Notes: generated by a model not told the origin, from the sequence alone. 64,000 nt of DNA from Octopus sinensis (GCF_006345805.1 NC_042999.1:86614001-86678000), one strand, 5' to 3'; numbered from the stretch's first letter, positions 24,100 to 38,613 are shown. A program made the numbers and translations.

Positions 24100-25646
24100 A
24101 AAGTAATCTAAATAGAAAACTCTATGACTTTATCGAAAAGTACCACAAAACGTCGGAGACAACTTCCCATTGATAGCCAGCGTATATCTGTCAAATGCAA
24201 CAGACAGTCGAACGTTTCATCTTTATAAGCTTCTTGAAAACGCCTATCTTGAGCAGATCTTTTAATTTTTTTACTGCGGAAACAATTAAGTATAGGGTTT
24301 CAGAAAATATATAATTTCTGGTTCCTTTTGCTATCAGGTTTTCTCGATGGAGAACGCAATGAATTGTAAAGACGTGATTAAATTCTACCCATCTAGCAAC
24401 AAACCCTGGGATTTGCCAATCATAGACAGTGCTCCGTCAGTGCATATTGATATGAGGTTGAGGGGATCAATGCCATTTTAGTAAGATAATCCATGACTGC
24501 ATTGTAGATCGTCTCTCCCGTGTTTTTCAGTACGGTTTTCATAAAGATTAGGTTTTCATAAATTGTAGTACCCTTCACATAGCGAGCAAAGGCAAAGACA
24601 ACACACTTGCTTTCAAAAGTGCTGTCATCCACCGTCAACGAGAATCTGCAGTGTCGTAAGTCTTCTACAACTATGGATTTGACATCTTCGACCATTTCAC
24701 AAATGCGGGAAGATAGTGTTGTTTGAAAGTGGAATACATGCTAACACTGAGGCAGCGTTAGCAACTTTATATGCTCCAAGAATGGAGGGCCTAATCAGAT
24801 CTTCGCTAATGGTATGTGGGCGACCCTATTTCGCTATCATGAGCGAAATGTTATAGGACGCCTGCAGACCAGAACGGTTGTTAGTATGGACGAGGACATT
24901 TCTGAGCGATGAAAATGAGACATTTTTTTTGCGATGGCATTCTTCGAAGTACTCTTTTCGCTTGCCGAATAAACCAGGATGGATTTTTTGTAGATGATAC
25001 AACAATTTCGAGGGTTTCATTGAGTCGTTAGTCAATACTTTTACTGTGGTAAAAAAGGATCTTCTACACTGGATACTAAACCATATTTGATATAATCTGC
25101 GTGATATCGTCTGCAGAATCTTTTCTCCGAGTCGGTGGACGGAGAATTAAAGGAACGTTTTTCCATATCACTGACAGCAAAATTTCTACAGATTACAATT
25201 AGACTAACATTTGCGTAAAAATGTACGTACCTGGAGAGATAATACGATATGTTGGGTAAACTGTAAGAACTGCGGTTTCGTTAGTAATCCTCAATTCAAA
25301 AGTCAGGTAGAAAACATGATTGCGTTGAGCGGTCGAGAACACAATTTTTTGTGTTTTTAATGAGCGCAAACGTGGACCCGATCGTACGCGTCTGAACCTG
25401 TCTAGTGCACGTCCGTGTATGATTGGATAGCTAATCGTCCAATAGGCAATGAGTGCATTCGTATGTGATCACGCATATGCGATGAAGCATATTTCGTTTG
25501 CGCGACATGTGCGTGTACGGAAAAGTTTTAATTCTTCAGCTGGACCACAGAAAATTTTCCACGGACCATCTGAATTTTCCTGTGGAGCACCTGGATGTTC
25601 CTGTGGACCACCTAGTGGTGCACATGGACCAGGTTGGGAACCCCTG
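24100..25646 (-). mobile_element. hAT transposon (Charlie/Buster-like), 3'-truncated, with pseudogenised transposase 25166-24100
   Basis: TIR CAGGGGTTCCCAACCT (reverse complement of 25631-25646) and subterminal GGACC repeats. Protein motifs RRYHADYIKYG, NDSMKPSKL..HL..IHP, FSLTVDDST (catalytic D), TDGA, IHCVLHRENL and IRWLSMG..LRRF. Confidence 0.9.
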
Positions 25647-25649
25647 ACA

Positions 25650-26330
25650 AAGACCCACATTGCCGCCGATTCTACAACCACAACAACAACGGTGACATCG
25701 GAAACAACCGGAGTAATAGCTGAAGGCGCTTACACCAATGACTAGATATCGGAGAGGAGTGGCAACGAGTTGAACAGCTGAATGAATCCCTCTCTAAAAA
25801 GAAAAAGAAAAATCAGCCGTACAAGTACATATTTGCAAACATCCATCAACCAGCCTTTCCCAGTTTCCACTGAATTCTCGTTAAGAAAGAGGAGACCATA
25901 TGATTGCAAATCGTGATCGTGACCGTCGTCCTACAAAAATAGAAAAGCCGACTGGACTCCAAAAGGCATGCAAACCAGCCTCTCACAGCAACACCAACAA
26001 CATAAAAAAAAAACCTAACCCATAACTACAATAACAAAAACACTTACCAGAGCAGAAAGAATACAACAAGAATAAGCTCTGACACAACAACAACCACAGC
26101 AAGAAAAACAACAACGCCCATAAATACTCGTCAAATTCACCGGTAGCTTGTGAAATAGTATACTACAAAGAAATAGAAATAATAAGACCAACAACCAATA
26201 GCTCTCAAAGGCGACAGCCGACAGGCGTCTGGTGAAGACCACAGCAGAAGTCTACAAACCTCCGAGGCTGCTCAGACAGTTCCAACTGTCTAAATGGTAC
26301 CGACTGCGTTTCTCGAAAGTGCCAATATGG
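25650..26330 (+). mobile_element. Possible low-complexity Tx1 ORF1 C-terminal relic
   Basis: A/C-rich T/N/K-coding tract with EEWQRVE..KKKK, similar in character to 48300-48720. Confidence 0.3.
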
Positions 26331-27169
26331 AATTAGACAATTACATTATGCCTTCAAGATCATATCTAGTTTTGTTGTGTTTTGTTGTTTACTTTATTTT
26401 GGGTGTGTTGCATTTATCTTCGTAGTTTACGTCCTAAGTCTTTTTTATATTAATGGTACTTTATTGTTATTTTTTTGTTTTCTGCATGAATTTTCTTTCC
26501 TTTATGTGTTCCGTTTCGATTTTTGATATTTTGAGGGGCTTTTGTGTGTGTATATATATATATATATGTGTGTGTACTTAATTTACCTAACCTGTTGAGG
26601 CCCAATTTTACATTTAGGTCAGGGTTATTTTCTCTCCAAACATTGGACAAGAATACGGTAGTTTTGGAGGGGGGGTGATTGCATTATATACTTATAGAAT
26701 AGAGTATATTCATTTGTATTCATTTATACTTTGCTCTCTTTTGCTAACGAAACTTAATAAATTCCGGTCCTTTATTTAGTTTGTCTTCAATTTTTACGGG
26801 TACTGGTTTATTTGTTTCTGGCAATGACGTGAATTGTACACTCCACTTTTCGTACCTTTAATTATTAAAATTCGAACTGCGTATTATCCTTTTAATCTTG
26901 ATATGAATAATATGGTTTTTAATTGTAGTGTATGTCATGCGATCCTTCGTAATACATTAATTACACAAAGGTCAATAAATTTTACATATATATATTATAC
27001 TATCATCGTCCTTGAACATTTCCATGATTTTTTTTTCGATTTGATTGGTTGTTATTTAATCGATGTTAATGAATATTTTTTGTTACTGTCATTATTATCT
27101 CATGTTAATTGCCCTCGGTCTTATTGGCTTATTATTTTATTATTGGGTATCGTTCCTTGGGAGCAGTTC

Positions 27170-27600
27170 GTCCTAAAAGCGGCCGTTTACGGACAAGTTT
27201 TCAGAAGCTGAATCGCAGCTAAACACAATAACACTTGCCCGGTAGTCAGAGTGAATAGCCAGCTTTCGGAACCGTTTCATATCGCGCGCTCGGTCTGTCA
27301 GGTAAATCATGTCTCGTCTCTTCTATACGTGCTATTACTGCGGAAACTAAAAACTCTCGAGAGGCATCCCATCTGAGTTGGGATGCTTGAGAGGGATATC
27401 AGCGTAGGCGAAAGAAATTGCTGTAGTGTCATCGGACACGATGGAAGGGGTCGTTGTCAGCAGCATTCTAAAGCAATACGAGCTGATGGCAGGAGCAGAG
27501 ATAAAGCCGGACAAGTCGGTGGGCTTACAGCTTGATACCTTGAGAAGCAAGTCTATACTGTTTGACAATTTCTTGGAGCACTGGACTGATAGAGCAAGGT
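27170..27600 (+). mobile_element. Older Tx1/L1 RT fragment related to 821-1080
   Basis: VVRVNSQLSEPFHIARSVCQ...LLYVL.LRKLKTL-RGIPSELGC...GAEIKPDKSVGLQL. Nucleotide similarity to 868-1040. Confidence 0.75.
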
Positions 27601-27929
27601 GATTGAATTTTATAAAAACTCAATTCCATCCGATGAAATGGCAGACTTGCTGAGCCGCTTCTGAGGCGAAAATTGCCTGGATTAGACAATCTATCCAATG
27701 AGCTATATTTCTATATTCCAGATTTGTTCTATCCTCTTTTGACAGCTATCTACTGCATAGACAGGGGAGCCAAGGTGCAGTGGTTATTGAGGTAGGATCC
27801 GAACAAGAATGACGTGATAGAAAACTTCAGACCCATAATTCTGCTCAACATACATGGCTATATTTTTTCTTTTTCTACTATCATTAATTTCTTTGAGCCC
27901 TGGTGATTAATAAAACAAGATCCGTTATC

Positions 27930-28120
27930 AAACCGAGCAAAATGCTTAGCGGCATTTCGTCCGCCTTGACGGTCTGAGCTCAAATGCTGCCGAGGCCGAC
28001 TTTGCCTTTCATCTTTTCGGGATCGATAAAATAAGTATCAGTTTCGCATTGGGGTCGATGTAATCGACTAACCCTTCGTTCCCCACCCAAATTTCAAGCT
28101 CTCTGCCTATAGCAGAAAAG

Positions 28121-28168
<48 letters not shown>

Positions 28169-28560
28169 GTTGTTGTTTTCAAAGTCTGCCGGTGTCGACT
28201 TTTCGTTTCATCATTTCGTGGTCGATAAAATAAGTACCATCTGAGTACTAGGATCGATGTAATCGACGTACCTTCTACCCCGAAATTGCTGGCCTTGTGC
28301 CGAGATTTGAAATCCTTATTATTATTGTTGAAACAACGAGCTAACAGAATCGTTAGCATGCCGGACAAAATGCTTAGCAGCATTTTATCTGACCCGTCTC
28401 TATGTTTTGAGTTCCCATTCCGCCAAGATCGACTTAGCCTTTTCATCCTTTCGGAATCGATAAAATAATTACCAGGCAAACATTAGGGTCAATGTAATCG
28501 ACTTGCTTCCTCCCACAAAATTTCAGGCCTTGTGCCTACCGTGGGAAGGATTATTATTAT
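27930..28560 (+). mobile_element. Head-to-tail array of about 3 diverged type-B-related SINEs with (ATT)n tails
   Basis: Recurrent AAAATGCTTAGCGGCATTT / CTTTCATC..TTCGG..TCGATAAAATAAGTA / GGCCTTGTGCC motifs. Confidence 0.7.
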
Positions 28561-28682
28561 TGTTGTTGTTGCTGCTGTTGCATTTAATTTTTTATCATCC
28601 GTTCTATGTACATACCCACACTTCATATCCGCCTTTGCATTGGGCTCCTCATCCGATGCCCTAGTGGCATCTAAAAGAATTC

Positions 28683-28896
<214 letters not shown>

Positions 28897-29074
28897 ATGA
28901 ATACCCGTGGATACTAGAATCGGTAGAATGCTTTGCAATGTAAGACAAAATATTTTTTTTTCCAGACGGAATAGAAATTAGATTTTGCAAGTGAGTGATG
29001 TCAACTGTATCATTTAAACATATATAGATAGAGGCAAGGAAAATAATAATGATAATAATGATGATGACGATGAC

Positions 29075-29127
<53 letters not shown>

Positions 29128-29739
29128 CAACAACAACAACAACGTCAACAATAACAACAGCAACAATAATAATATTCTGCCATGAACTGATCTGTTGCCT
29201 TTACTTATAGTTCCTCCTTTCACCCGCCTCTCTTAAATTGTAAGACTTATTTCGCTCTCGCGGAAACAATTCGACAAATTACATTACTGTTTAAGTTATC
29301 AAACAAGTTTCTAGAAATGATGTCAAGGTTTGGCAACAAGCATCGTTATCGTAGCACTTTTACTGAGGCATTAACCCTCCCTTAAAGGGCCTTTACTCAG
29401 GGAAAAAAAAATTTAAACCTTATATATTTTCTCAAGTGGTTACATGAATTCTGAATGCTTCAACACGACTTTTTATCTCTCTCAAGTAGTTTAGATAAGT
29501 AGTTTAATAACAGCTCATGTCCACCTCCGTTCGAGAACTTTCTCTGCTTCTTTATTCTTTCGTTTTTTTTTTCTTTATTTTTGTAAATATTAATTTGTCG
29601 ACTGATAATCTGCGCTACATGTCACATAAAGATATTCTAGCAGAGGTTTTGCGCTTTCTTTTATCTGTCGCAAGGTCACTTTTAGTATAATTAACCCCAA
29701 CATTAAAAAGATAAATGCTGTCAAAATATTTGATATCAC

Positions 29740-29839
29740 TATATGTATATATATATATATATATTATAATATATAATATATATATATATATATATATAAT
29801 AATATATATATACATATATGTATATATATATATACATTA

Positions 29840-29885
<46 letters not shown>

Positions 29886-29915
29886 TGTATATATATATAA
29901 CATATATATATGTAT

Positions 29916-29958
<43 letters not shown>

Positions 29959-30038
29959 CATATATATATTATACATATATCCACATATATATATATACAT
30001 GTGTATATATATATATACACACCACACACAACACACAC

Positions 30039-30080
<42 letters not shown>

Positions 30081-30208
30081 TATATACATATATATATATA
30101 TATTATACATATATATATGTATATATATATATATATATATAGATATATATATATATTATACATATATATATTATAATATATATATCCACATATATATATA
30201 TACATGTG

Positions 30209-30271
<63 letters not shown>
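29740..30271. repeat. Long (TA)n-based tract with an internal block duplication
   Basis: Read directly. ATCCACATATATATATATACATGTG occurs near 29978 and 30184. Confidence 0.95.
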
Positions 30272-30273
<2 letters not shown>

Positions 30274-30588
30274 CACATACGGCCACAGCTCATAAGCTGA
30301 AACTAGAATCAATCAATCATACACACACGTACATATATATGAAACGATGGATTCTATGTCCATAGTATTCTTTAACAAACAGCTACACTTGTCTTCTTTC
30401 GTTTTTAGTAAACACGTAACAAGCAATAAAGTATCTAATCCAGAATGCCTCCCATCGTTACACATTTAAAACCATTATTCAATTCTGTCGAATGATAAGA
30501 AAATCGGTCGAAATCTTCCTGATATATGCACATACGTACGTACATACATACATACATACATACATACATACATACATACATACATACA

Positions 30589-30624
<36 letters not shown>

Positions 30625-31147
30625 TACACGCGTATAGGTTTGTTATGTCCTGGGTAAGACTTCATACTTCGTTTGCTATTGTGGTTCTGGTTCGGGAGCT
30701 CCAGGGTTTTGAGAAGTATGGAACCACTCCATAGCCACTGTTGTTCCCAGGTCTAGTTTAACTTGGAGTAGTAGCAACTTTCGGGGTCCCAGTTATGCAT
30801 TAACTAGCATATATGATGACATTACATCTGAACGCGGGCTCGCAAGAATACCTTGGTTGGTGTCAGGGCGTGCAGTAAAGCCACTGGGAGTGAGGGGACC
30901 CAAGCCATTGCGGTAACACCCTTCTAGAGCGGCACACTATGAAGTAAAACAGGATTCCCATGTGTGCTGGTCATTTCGTTTTGGCCTGTCACTGAGCACT
31001 AATGACAGAAACTCAGAGAGTGGTACTCAGGTTGTACAGGCATATATTGCACTAATTCATTGAGGTACAGATGTGGTTTCATGGTGAACTCATTTGTCAT
31101 TCCATCTACTGAAAGTCCTATGGCAATGGAAAAGTGGCAACGTGAAG

Positions 31148-31470
31148 GCGAGTGGGTTAGTGTTTAGGGTATTCAGCTCACGATGGTAAGGTTGTAAGTT
31201 CAATTCCTGGCGACGCGTTGTGTCCTTGGGCAAGACACTTCATTTCACATTGTTCCAGTTGACTCAGCTGGCAAAATGAATAGTATCTGTATTTTAAAGG
31301 GCCAGCTTTGCCACATTCTGTGTCACACTGAATTTCCCTGAGAACTACTGAGTACACATATCTGTGTACACATATCTGCTCAGCCACTTGCACGTTAATT
31401 TCATGTGCAGGCTGTTCTATTGATCGGACGAACCGGAACCCTCGTCGTTGTAGCCGACGGTGTGCCAGAA
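31148..31470 (+). mobile_element. SINE with type D core and type C 3' tail
   Basis: Core TCCTTGGGCAAGACACTTCATTTCAC...CTCAGCTGGCAAAATGA as in 21447-21700. Tail CTCAGCCACTT.CACGTTAATTTCA...GGAACCCTCGTCGT as in 55200-55290. Confidence 0.8.
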
Positions 31471-31669
31471 AAGAAGTGTGCAGACTTAACCAGTCGGAAG
31501 TGCACAGTAAGTTACAACTTTCGTCTGTCACCATTGCTTCAAACCACGGAAATTGCAACGGGGCTGAATAGTCATCAGTAAGGTCATAGATAGAAAGAAA
31601 TGCCATCGACAACGAGGAAGCACAAGGGGGCAACCACGTGTATAATATATCACGTGTGCGCTCATGGGA

Positions 31670-31900
31670 CTCTATGTACATTGACGACTTACACGCTTCC
31701 ATCGCTAACACCATTCACTCTTATAAAGATGATGCCACCATAGACCCCTCTTTAGTATTTTCCCCGAACAGCTTTCATCCTCCCCTCACCTTAGCACGAC
31801 CTTAACACATATCTAAACTTCACTACATCCATGAATAAAAAGTTTGAAAAGATCCTCCGATAAGGACATGACATTTTTGCCACTAATGATCTAACTTCAA
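31670..31900 (+). mobile_element. Decayed CR1/L2/Jockey-group RT fragment
   Basis: MYIDDLHASIANTIHSYKDDATI (compare FINDL...IHSYADD) followed by TSMNKKFEKILR*G. Confidence 0.5.
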
Positions 31901-34494
31901 AATTATACATTTATAATATTGTTAAGATTGCATCCAAAAGATTAGCTTTCTTCAGCTGAACACCAACTGCATCAATTTTCCTATGTGAATACAGTTCTTT
32001 TCTTTTACAAGCGTTAAAAATATGAACAAATGCTGCGATAGACTGTGTTCTGTCCCGCAGGAGATATATCTTGATGGACAAAAAAAGAATGTATACAAAA
32101 CACAATAAGAAAACATAGAAAATCCGATCCCTGTGTGTTTTTATACGTATAGAAATAGATTTGGTGTTTACGAAACTGATTCTTTGTGCAAAAAATGTGA
32201 AATTTGTTGACATTTCTCAATAGTAAATTCAATTTCTTACAATACTCGTTGTTTTTACAAATACCAACAAAATAATATTTTTTTATATATAAGCGGTTAT
32301 TATAACATCAGAAATATACCATTTATTTACAATTAAACATGCATTATTGGCTTGAATTCCTTATGATGATAACAGCAGAGAGAAAACATGTGTCTTTTTT
32401 CTTTTCTATGCCTTTCTTTCTTTTTCGATATTCCCCTTTTTCTTATTCACCTCTCTCTCTCATCACTTTCTATTTGTTTCTCTCTGTCCATTTGTCTGTC
32501 TCTCCCTCTCTTTCTGTTTTTACTTCGCTTTTCAGTTCTTCCCATTTCCCTTCAATTATTTTTTTTTTATGTATATTTGAATAACTGTAGCTGAAGATAG
32601 AGCTTATTCTTATAGCTTACCATTACTATTGGATTCATTTATTTGCCGCTGGTGGTCCTGTTATTACTCTTACATTGATCAAATATGACATTGCTGAATG
32701 CCCTTTGCTAGCGGCCCAAAATAATTAGCCCTATATTGTTGTTAGTAACATCAACTGCAAAAGTAAAAGTTAGCCGTCTAATAGGCGCCGTATAAAGACA
32801 TTTCCGTTCTAAATTTAGTCCCGTTTTCCACATATCTGAAGTTATAAATTTCTATAATTCCTGATACATGTGTATTTTGATGTTTATACTCATTTATACA
32901 TATTTTTGTATGCAGTCAAGTCCTTCCGTCATATGCTTATTAAGGGTGTGGGTCGCCATCTGTAAGTTTTTACGCTTGCCAACCTTCTGATATATTATGT
33001 AAACCATTTTTTAACCCAATAATAGCTGATACTTGTAAGAAGCTAATGATTTTTGTTGATTTCTTTTTATTTGTCATGTGGGCACATTAGGAAAAAGCCT
33101 ACGGGCTGTGAAAGATGAAACAGATAAAAAGGTTTAACCCAAGCTAATAAGCATGCTGTCTTGTCATTTATCAGCTGTTTGTTGAAACAGAAACAAATTT
33201 AATTTGCTATTAGTTTGAGAATTAGGTTATATTTAGTATAGACATAAACTCTATGGCATAACGCAGCTTTGACTTTAAACAAACAACATAACGTTTATTT
33301 ATTCTTCTTAATGTCATCAGATCGGGAAATATTTTTACTCGTGTTATATCAAGACTGATTCCACTTAATGTATATTATCTTAGGAGTGCCGGATAGAAAA
33401 CAGCATTTTAGAAAAAGAAACCTTTGTTTCTTGAGGATTTTTACTATACAGCCACTTTGAAGACAATATATTTCATACTTAAATATACAATTTATCGTTT
33501 TGAAAAGAATATAAACTGATCTAGGAATATATTGTTGTCAATGAGTTAAAAACATTAATAGGGAAAGTGTATAAGAAAAGAAATGGTGTAGCAATTCAAC
33601 CGAATCATAAACTTGGAATAAACGAATAGGAATCAAATTTGTACGCAAAAGAAAAAAAAGCCTTACAAAAGATAACTACCCCAAAACACTGTTTGAAATG
33701 GTAATTTGATCTGATATCTGGTATTTACATACATATAATACTGCAAAATAATATTGTACAAAATATAGTTTTTAAAAAAAAAATTCTTCGATGATATTAT
33801 TAAACTGAAAGGAATCAGTATCCAAGATTGTAACATTGGAAATAGAGACAGTAAGCCATGTAATGCTCCTACTACTTAGAAATATTACATAAATATGAGA
33901 CTTTCTATGGCCAAGCAGGTTTAATATATTCCAACGTCATCAGAAAACAATAGCTGCATACACTGAAATAACTTTTGCTCTATCCATTTTCAGATATTTG
34001 CCGCAGAATCCTTACTACATTTTCATTTTAATGAATATTTTTTCGTTTTAACTGTTTAGTAGCAAAGCGATCTACGCAAAAGTAGGAATTTAAGATTGAG
34101 CGTATCGAAGTTTGAAAAACACTGTAACAGCTGAAGCGACAGGAATTGCATTTGCTCCTTATTTACAAAAATGTCAGATTCAACACGATCAGCTGCCTCG
34201 AAAGGAAATATCTGAACCGAAAAAGAATATTCAATTATTCCTTCTCTTTAATAAATCTGCTCAAAGCATATTTCGTTGCAGACAACGTGGTTGCTTCAAC
34301 CAGCGTACATTTTTAACACATTAGATTTCATTTACTGAAAGCAAAATGATACTACAAGAAGAGTTAACCTTTCTTTTGTGTTAGTTTTGGAGATCAGAAT
34401 CTTTATTCATCTAAGCTTACGCTATTGTATTTTTATTGTTCAACGTCAGAAGCAACTTCTTTATATTCCAAAGTTCTGTTTCAGACAAAAAATG

Positions 34495-36090
34495 CCAGTA
34501 CCCCAGTAATTACAGGTATAAACATTAACTTGTAATCTGGATAGAATAACTGCAGATTTCTCAATAGTTCGGGTGTTCTCTTGTTCGTTGATCTTCACCT
34601 TTATGTTAACATCCGATAGGCAGCTGATTTCCACAACTGTACACAGTTTCTCTTCTCTATCCTAAACCATTATATCAAGTATACTGTGTTTACATTTTAT
34701 TGAGGTTTTCAAAGGGACATTCCTCCAATACTCCTTGTATCACGAGTGGTTATGCATTCTTGTGTTCTTCGTGGTTATCCTTAGATTTCATTATAGAGTG
34801 TCCTAGCTTCTACAACAGTATGTCTTATCAGTAGATAATACCATGATGACATTTTTGGACAACTGTTTATGCTATGGGCGATATCTTCGGTGTTAACTCC
34901 ATAAATTCTGCATCGGTTGTCACATTTTACTGCTTTTCCTGTATCTGTGTCCCTTTTGTGCATCAGGTATTTGGTTGATATTTCCTGTTCCTGGGTTGCG
35001 AACGCATACCCTTCAAAGTGGGAGGTAATTATCCGGTTGTTGGTTCATGATAGACTGCTTTGATGATCAATGCTATTATCATTTCGGAGCTTTGTGCTAA
35101 CATCCATGCATGGTCTTCTGCTCGTATACGCTCGTCCTTTCATCAGATGATATGTTGCGGTAGAGTCGTGCGACTTCTTTGGGCATGTACATGTATGGTC
35201 TTCTGCTCATATACGGTGATCGTTTCATCTGATGATATGTTGCGACTTTTTTGGGCATGTATTTAAGGTTATCAGACAAGGAATGCTGTTCAAGGAGCTA
35301 TCTTCCAAGTCTTATGAGGCTATCAACCTCATGTGTGCAAACTTAGTCAAAGGATGCACTTCGACACTTGATGGTTAAAAGATGTTGTTGAAGGGATGTG
35401 GTACGATACTCAAAAGCGACTTGGATCAATGTTAAGCCCCTGCCACCTTGTTTTCCTTTTAAGTGGAGGCGGTCTACATCACTGCTGATGTGGAAATTCT
35501 TTGTACTTGTTAGTTTTTTCCGGGCTTTTACATCAATGGCTCATATCTCATCAACCGTCCAATCAAGCAGCCCAGATGTTGATATTAGTCCTGGCACTGT
35601 AAACACATTGTGAGTCACTGTTTTATTGAATGCAGAGAGTTCCGAGGCCCAAATTTTCTCTAATATTTTTTAGTGACATCTGTTTTGTTATATGTGCCAT
35701 TGTAGGATATGTTTTCATCCACCCTTAGATACATGTAACATTCCTTATCAGATGCAGGGGAAACAGTTAAGTCACTGAAGAAGATGTTGCTAGTCTGGTT
35801 TACAGTTTTCTCTCTTTTCAGAACCATATAGCAAAGTTTATCTTGACCAAATGCCAACCCTATATCTTTTGAGAATGTTGTAACCAGGTCAAGGCTATTT
35901 TCCATCTCATGCATATTCTTTGCGTATAGTATCAAGTCATCCACAAAGAAACTGTGTAATTTAGGTATTTCTGTTTCCTTGTGAACCAGTGAGATACCCT
36001 TTAGACTTCATTAACATGAAGAATAAGGGATTTACAGAAAGTATAAACATCATAGAGAGGTTGTCCCCTAGGAATATGCCTCTGCGATAC
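34495..36090 (-). mobile_element. R4/Dong-clade LINE fragment (RT-thumb-CCHC-RLE), subfamily 1
   Basis: RRGIFLGDNLS, FVDDLILYAK, FSKDIGLAFGQDK, DVDRLHLKGKQGGRGL, FATQEQEISTKYL, CRIYGVNTEDIAH..NSCP, and TVVEISC..DVNIK matching 15961-16143. Confidence 0.85.
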
Positions 36091-36126
<36 letters not shown>

Positions 36127-37129
36127 TGTATGTATGTATGTATGTACAGACACATACAAACACACAAATAAAATATGAAATTAAATACTAAACTACTTTC
36201 TTTCGTTCGAAAAGTTTTTCTTAAACAACCACAAATATGTGATAGTGATCGATTGTCTTCTACTCTTTCTATTTAATCCTGAGTTACTTCTCGCTTTTAC
36301 CGGTTTTAAAACTGTTAATGTAACTCGATTTTATTCTCTGATTCTCGCTCTATTATTTGAGCTCTCCTACTTAATTGTTGTCTTCTCAGCAGTCACATAC
36401 AGGATTACGCCAGGAAAACAAAAGTTGTATCGCTTGTGTCTTGTACTTGTGCGTCTCTGTGTGTGTGTGGGTAAGTGTGTGTACGTGTGCTCGTGTGAGT
36501 GTGTGTGTACGTGTGCTCGTGTGAGTGTGTGTGTGTGTATGTGTGTGTGTGTGTATGTGTGTGTGTGTGTGTGTGCGTGTGCGCTCATGTATGTGAGTAT
36601 TAACCTTCATTTAGAATTAAAAAATAGTGAATTTCATTTTCAGTTCCCTAACTTCATTTTTCAAACTTATCAAATATAAATTAAAACGTATTTCTCACAA
36701 AAATAGATGTCAAAACTTTACAGTTTCATCTCAATCCAACTATCAACCATTCTAGCCATTACAACACCTCTCACTGCAGTTCACTACAATCATAATTCTT
36801 CACTTGTCCTTACCTTCATTTAAAATCTCTCGATGCCATTCACGCCGTCTTCGTTTGTTGTTTCAGTCTCGCTTTACCAGCGTAACTGCAAACAAACACA
36901 CTTTCTAAATTATTATAGGTAATACTTCCGGTAACTGTTCCATCACTGGGAATAGAAGCAAATTATATCTCAGAATTCGAACTTCCTGTAAAACCTCAAC
37001 AGTCCTACTGAAAAGTGTGACTCTAGCAGCTTTGCAATTAGATGCTATTAAATGTAGTATATAAGAAGAATGTGAAAAGCAATAGACTAACAGTTTAATG
37101 GTTATAGTTTTAATGCTTAACCGTACTGA

Positions 37130-37168
<39 letters not shown>

Positions 37169-37229
37169 CACAGACGAACAAACACACAGAAAAATAGACA
37201 GACAGATAGATAGATAGATAGATAGAGAG

Positions 37230-37300
<71 letters not shown>

Positions 37301-37319
37301 AATATATAGACAGACAATT

Positions 37320-37880
37320 TCTCTGACCACCACATCTAGAAATCTCTGAAGTTCCTTTTCTGATTCTGGAAGTAAGGATGTGTCATCTGCATATCTTATG
37401 TTCGGGATTTTTCTGTCTCCCACCCTAAGACCTTTTCCTTCTCCATGATCTCTTATAATCAATTTTCTATAGTAATTGAAGAGACCTAACTCATTTTTCT
37501 TGCCAATTCCATACTGACCAACTGCTTTGTCACCCTGTCCACGATCTACCTTTGCATTCAGATCTCCTATGATGATATTAATTTTATCTGACTTGCACTA
37601 GGATCTGGCTTCTCCCAGTCTTGTTGAAGGTATCAATCTCCTTTTCTGTGATATCTTCTGATGGTGCATAAACCGCTATGATAGAGATGTTAAATGGAAG
37701 TCAATGTAGCTTTACTAGTAGTACTTTTTCTCTTACTGTTCAGTAGACAAGGATAGATTTTGCCATGCCAGAATCAAACAAAGATCCTACACATTTTCAT
37801 GTTTGTTACTATCCGTATAAATCATCTTGAAATCATTGATTATGAAGTCACCATTATTCGGCCACCTTGTTTCATTTTTG
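37320..37880 (-). mobile_element. RTE-clade LINE relic (APE joined to RT by a large internal deletion)
   Basis: APE motifs ETRWPNNGDF, SIIAVYAPS and IIIGDLNAKVDRG, followed almost immediately by GLRVGDRKIPNIRYADDTSLL.ESEKELQ. Confidence 0.85.
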
Positions 37881-38496
37881 CAACGTAAGTTTCCTGGATC
37901 AAACCAGACCTGGAGATTACGCAGCAGCGACACATGTTATATATCTAGATGCCGTAAAAAAAGATTTAAAAAAAAAATGGGGAAACGATAGTCACCATAT
38001 CTCATTAAATATTAGATAATCATCTTTAATATGAATAATGATGTGTTTATAAAGAAATTCTAAGTGAATTAAATAAATTATATAAACAGTAAACCCCAAG
38101 CTTCTAAATTCACAGCATGCACTTAAACGTACGTTTAAATATATGCACGTGTATATATATATATATATATATATATATGTTTGCACTATGCAATATGCAA
38201 TTCATGTATATGTGTGTGTGTGTGAGTGTGTGTATGTGTGTGCGTGTGTGTGTATGTGTGTTTGCGTGTCTGTGTGTCTGTATGAACTGTATATTGCACA
38301 TACTGTAAATGTACAGGTGTTTCTTTGTGCATAAATCGATTGATAAGAAAAATTCATTTCATTATTGCTCTCTAGGCAAATACCAACATGGAAATATATA
38401 ACAGAATATTTAAGAAATATTCATTACTTTCATACTATCTTTCGTCATATATTTCTTTATAATTTACTCTGTGAGTCTTTCTGTCATTTCTCCCTC

Positions 38497-38497
38497 C

Positions 38498-38553
<56 letters not shown>

Positions 38554-38582
38554 CATCATTATTATTATTATTATTATTATCA

Positions 38583-38613
<31 letters not shown>

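Noticed and set aside
31178-31714. 178-aa minus-strand ORF
   Set aside because: It runs antisense through a SINE (31148-31470) and an RT relic, with no recognisable domain.
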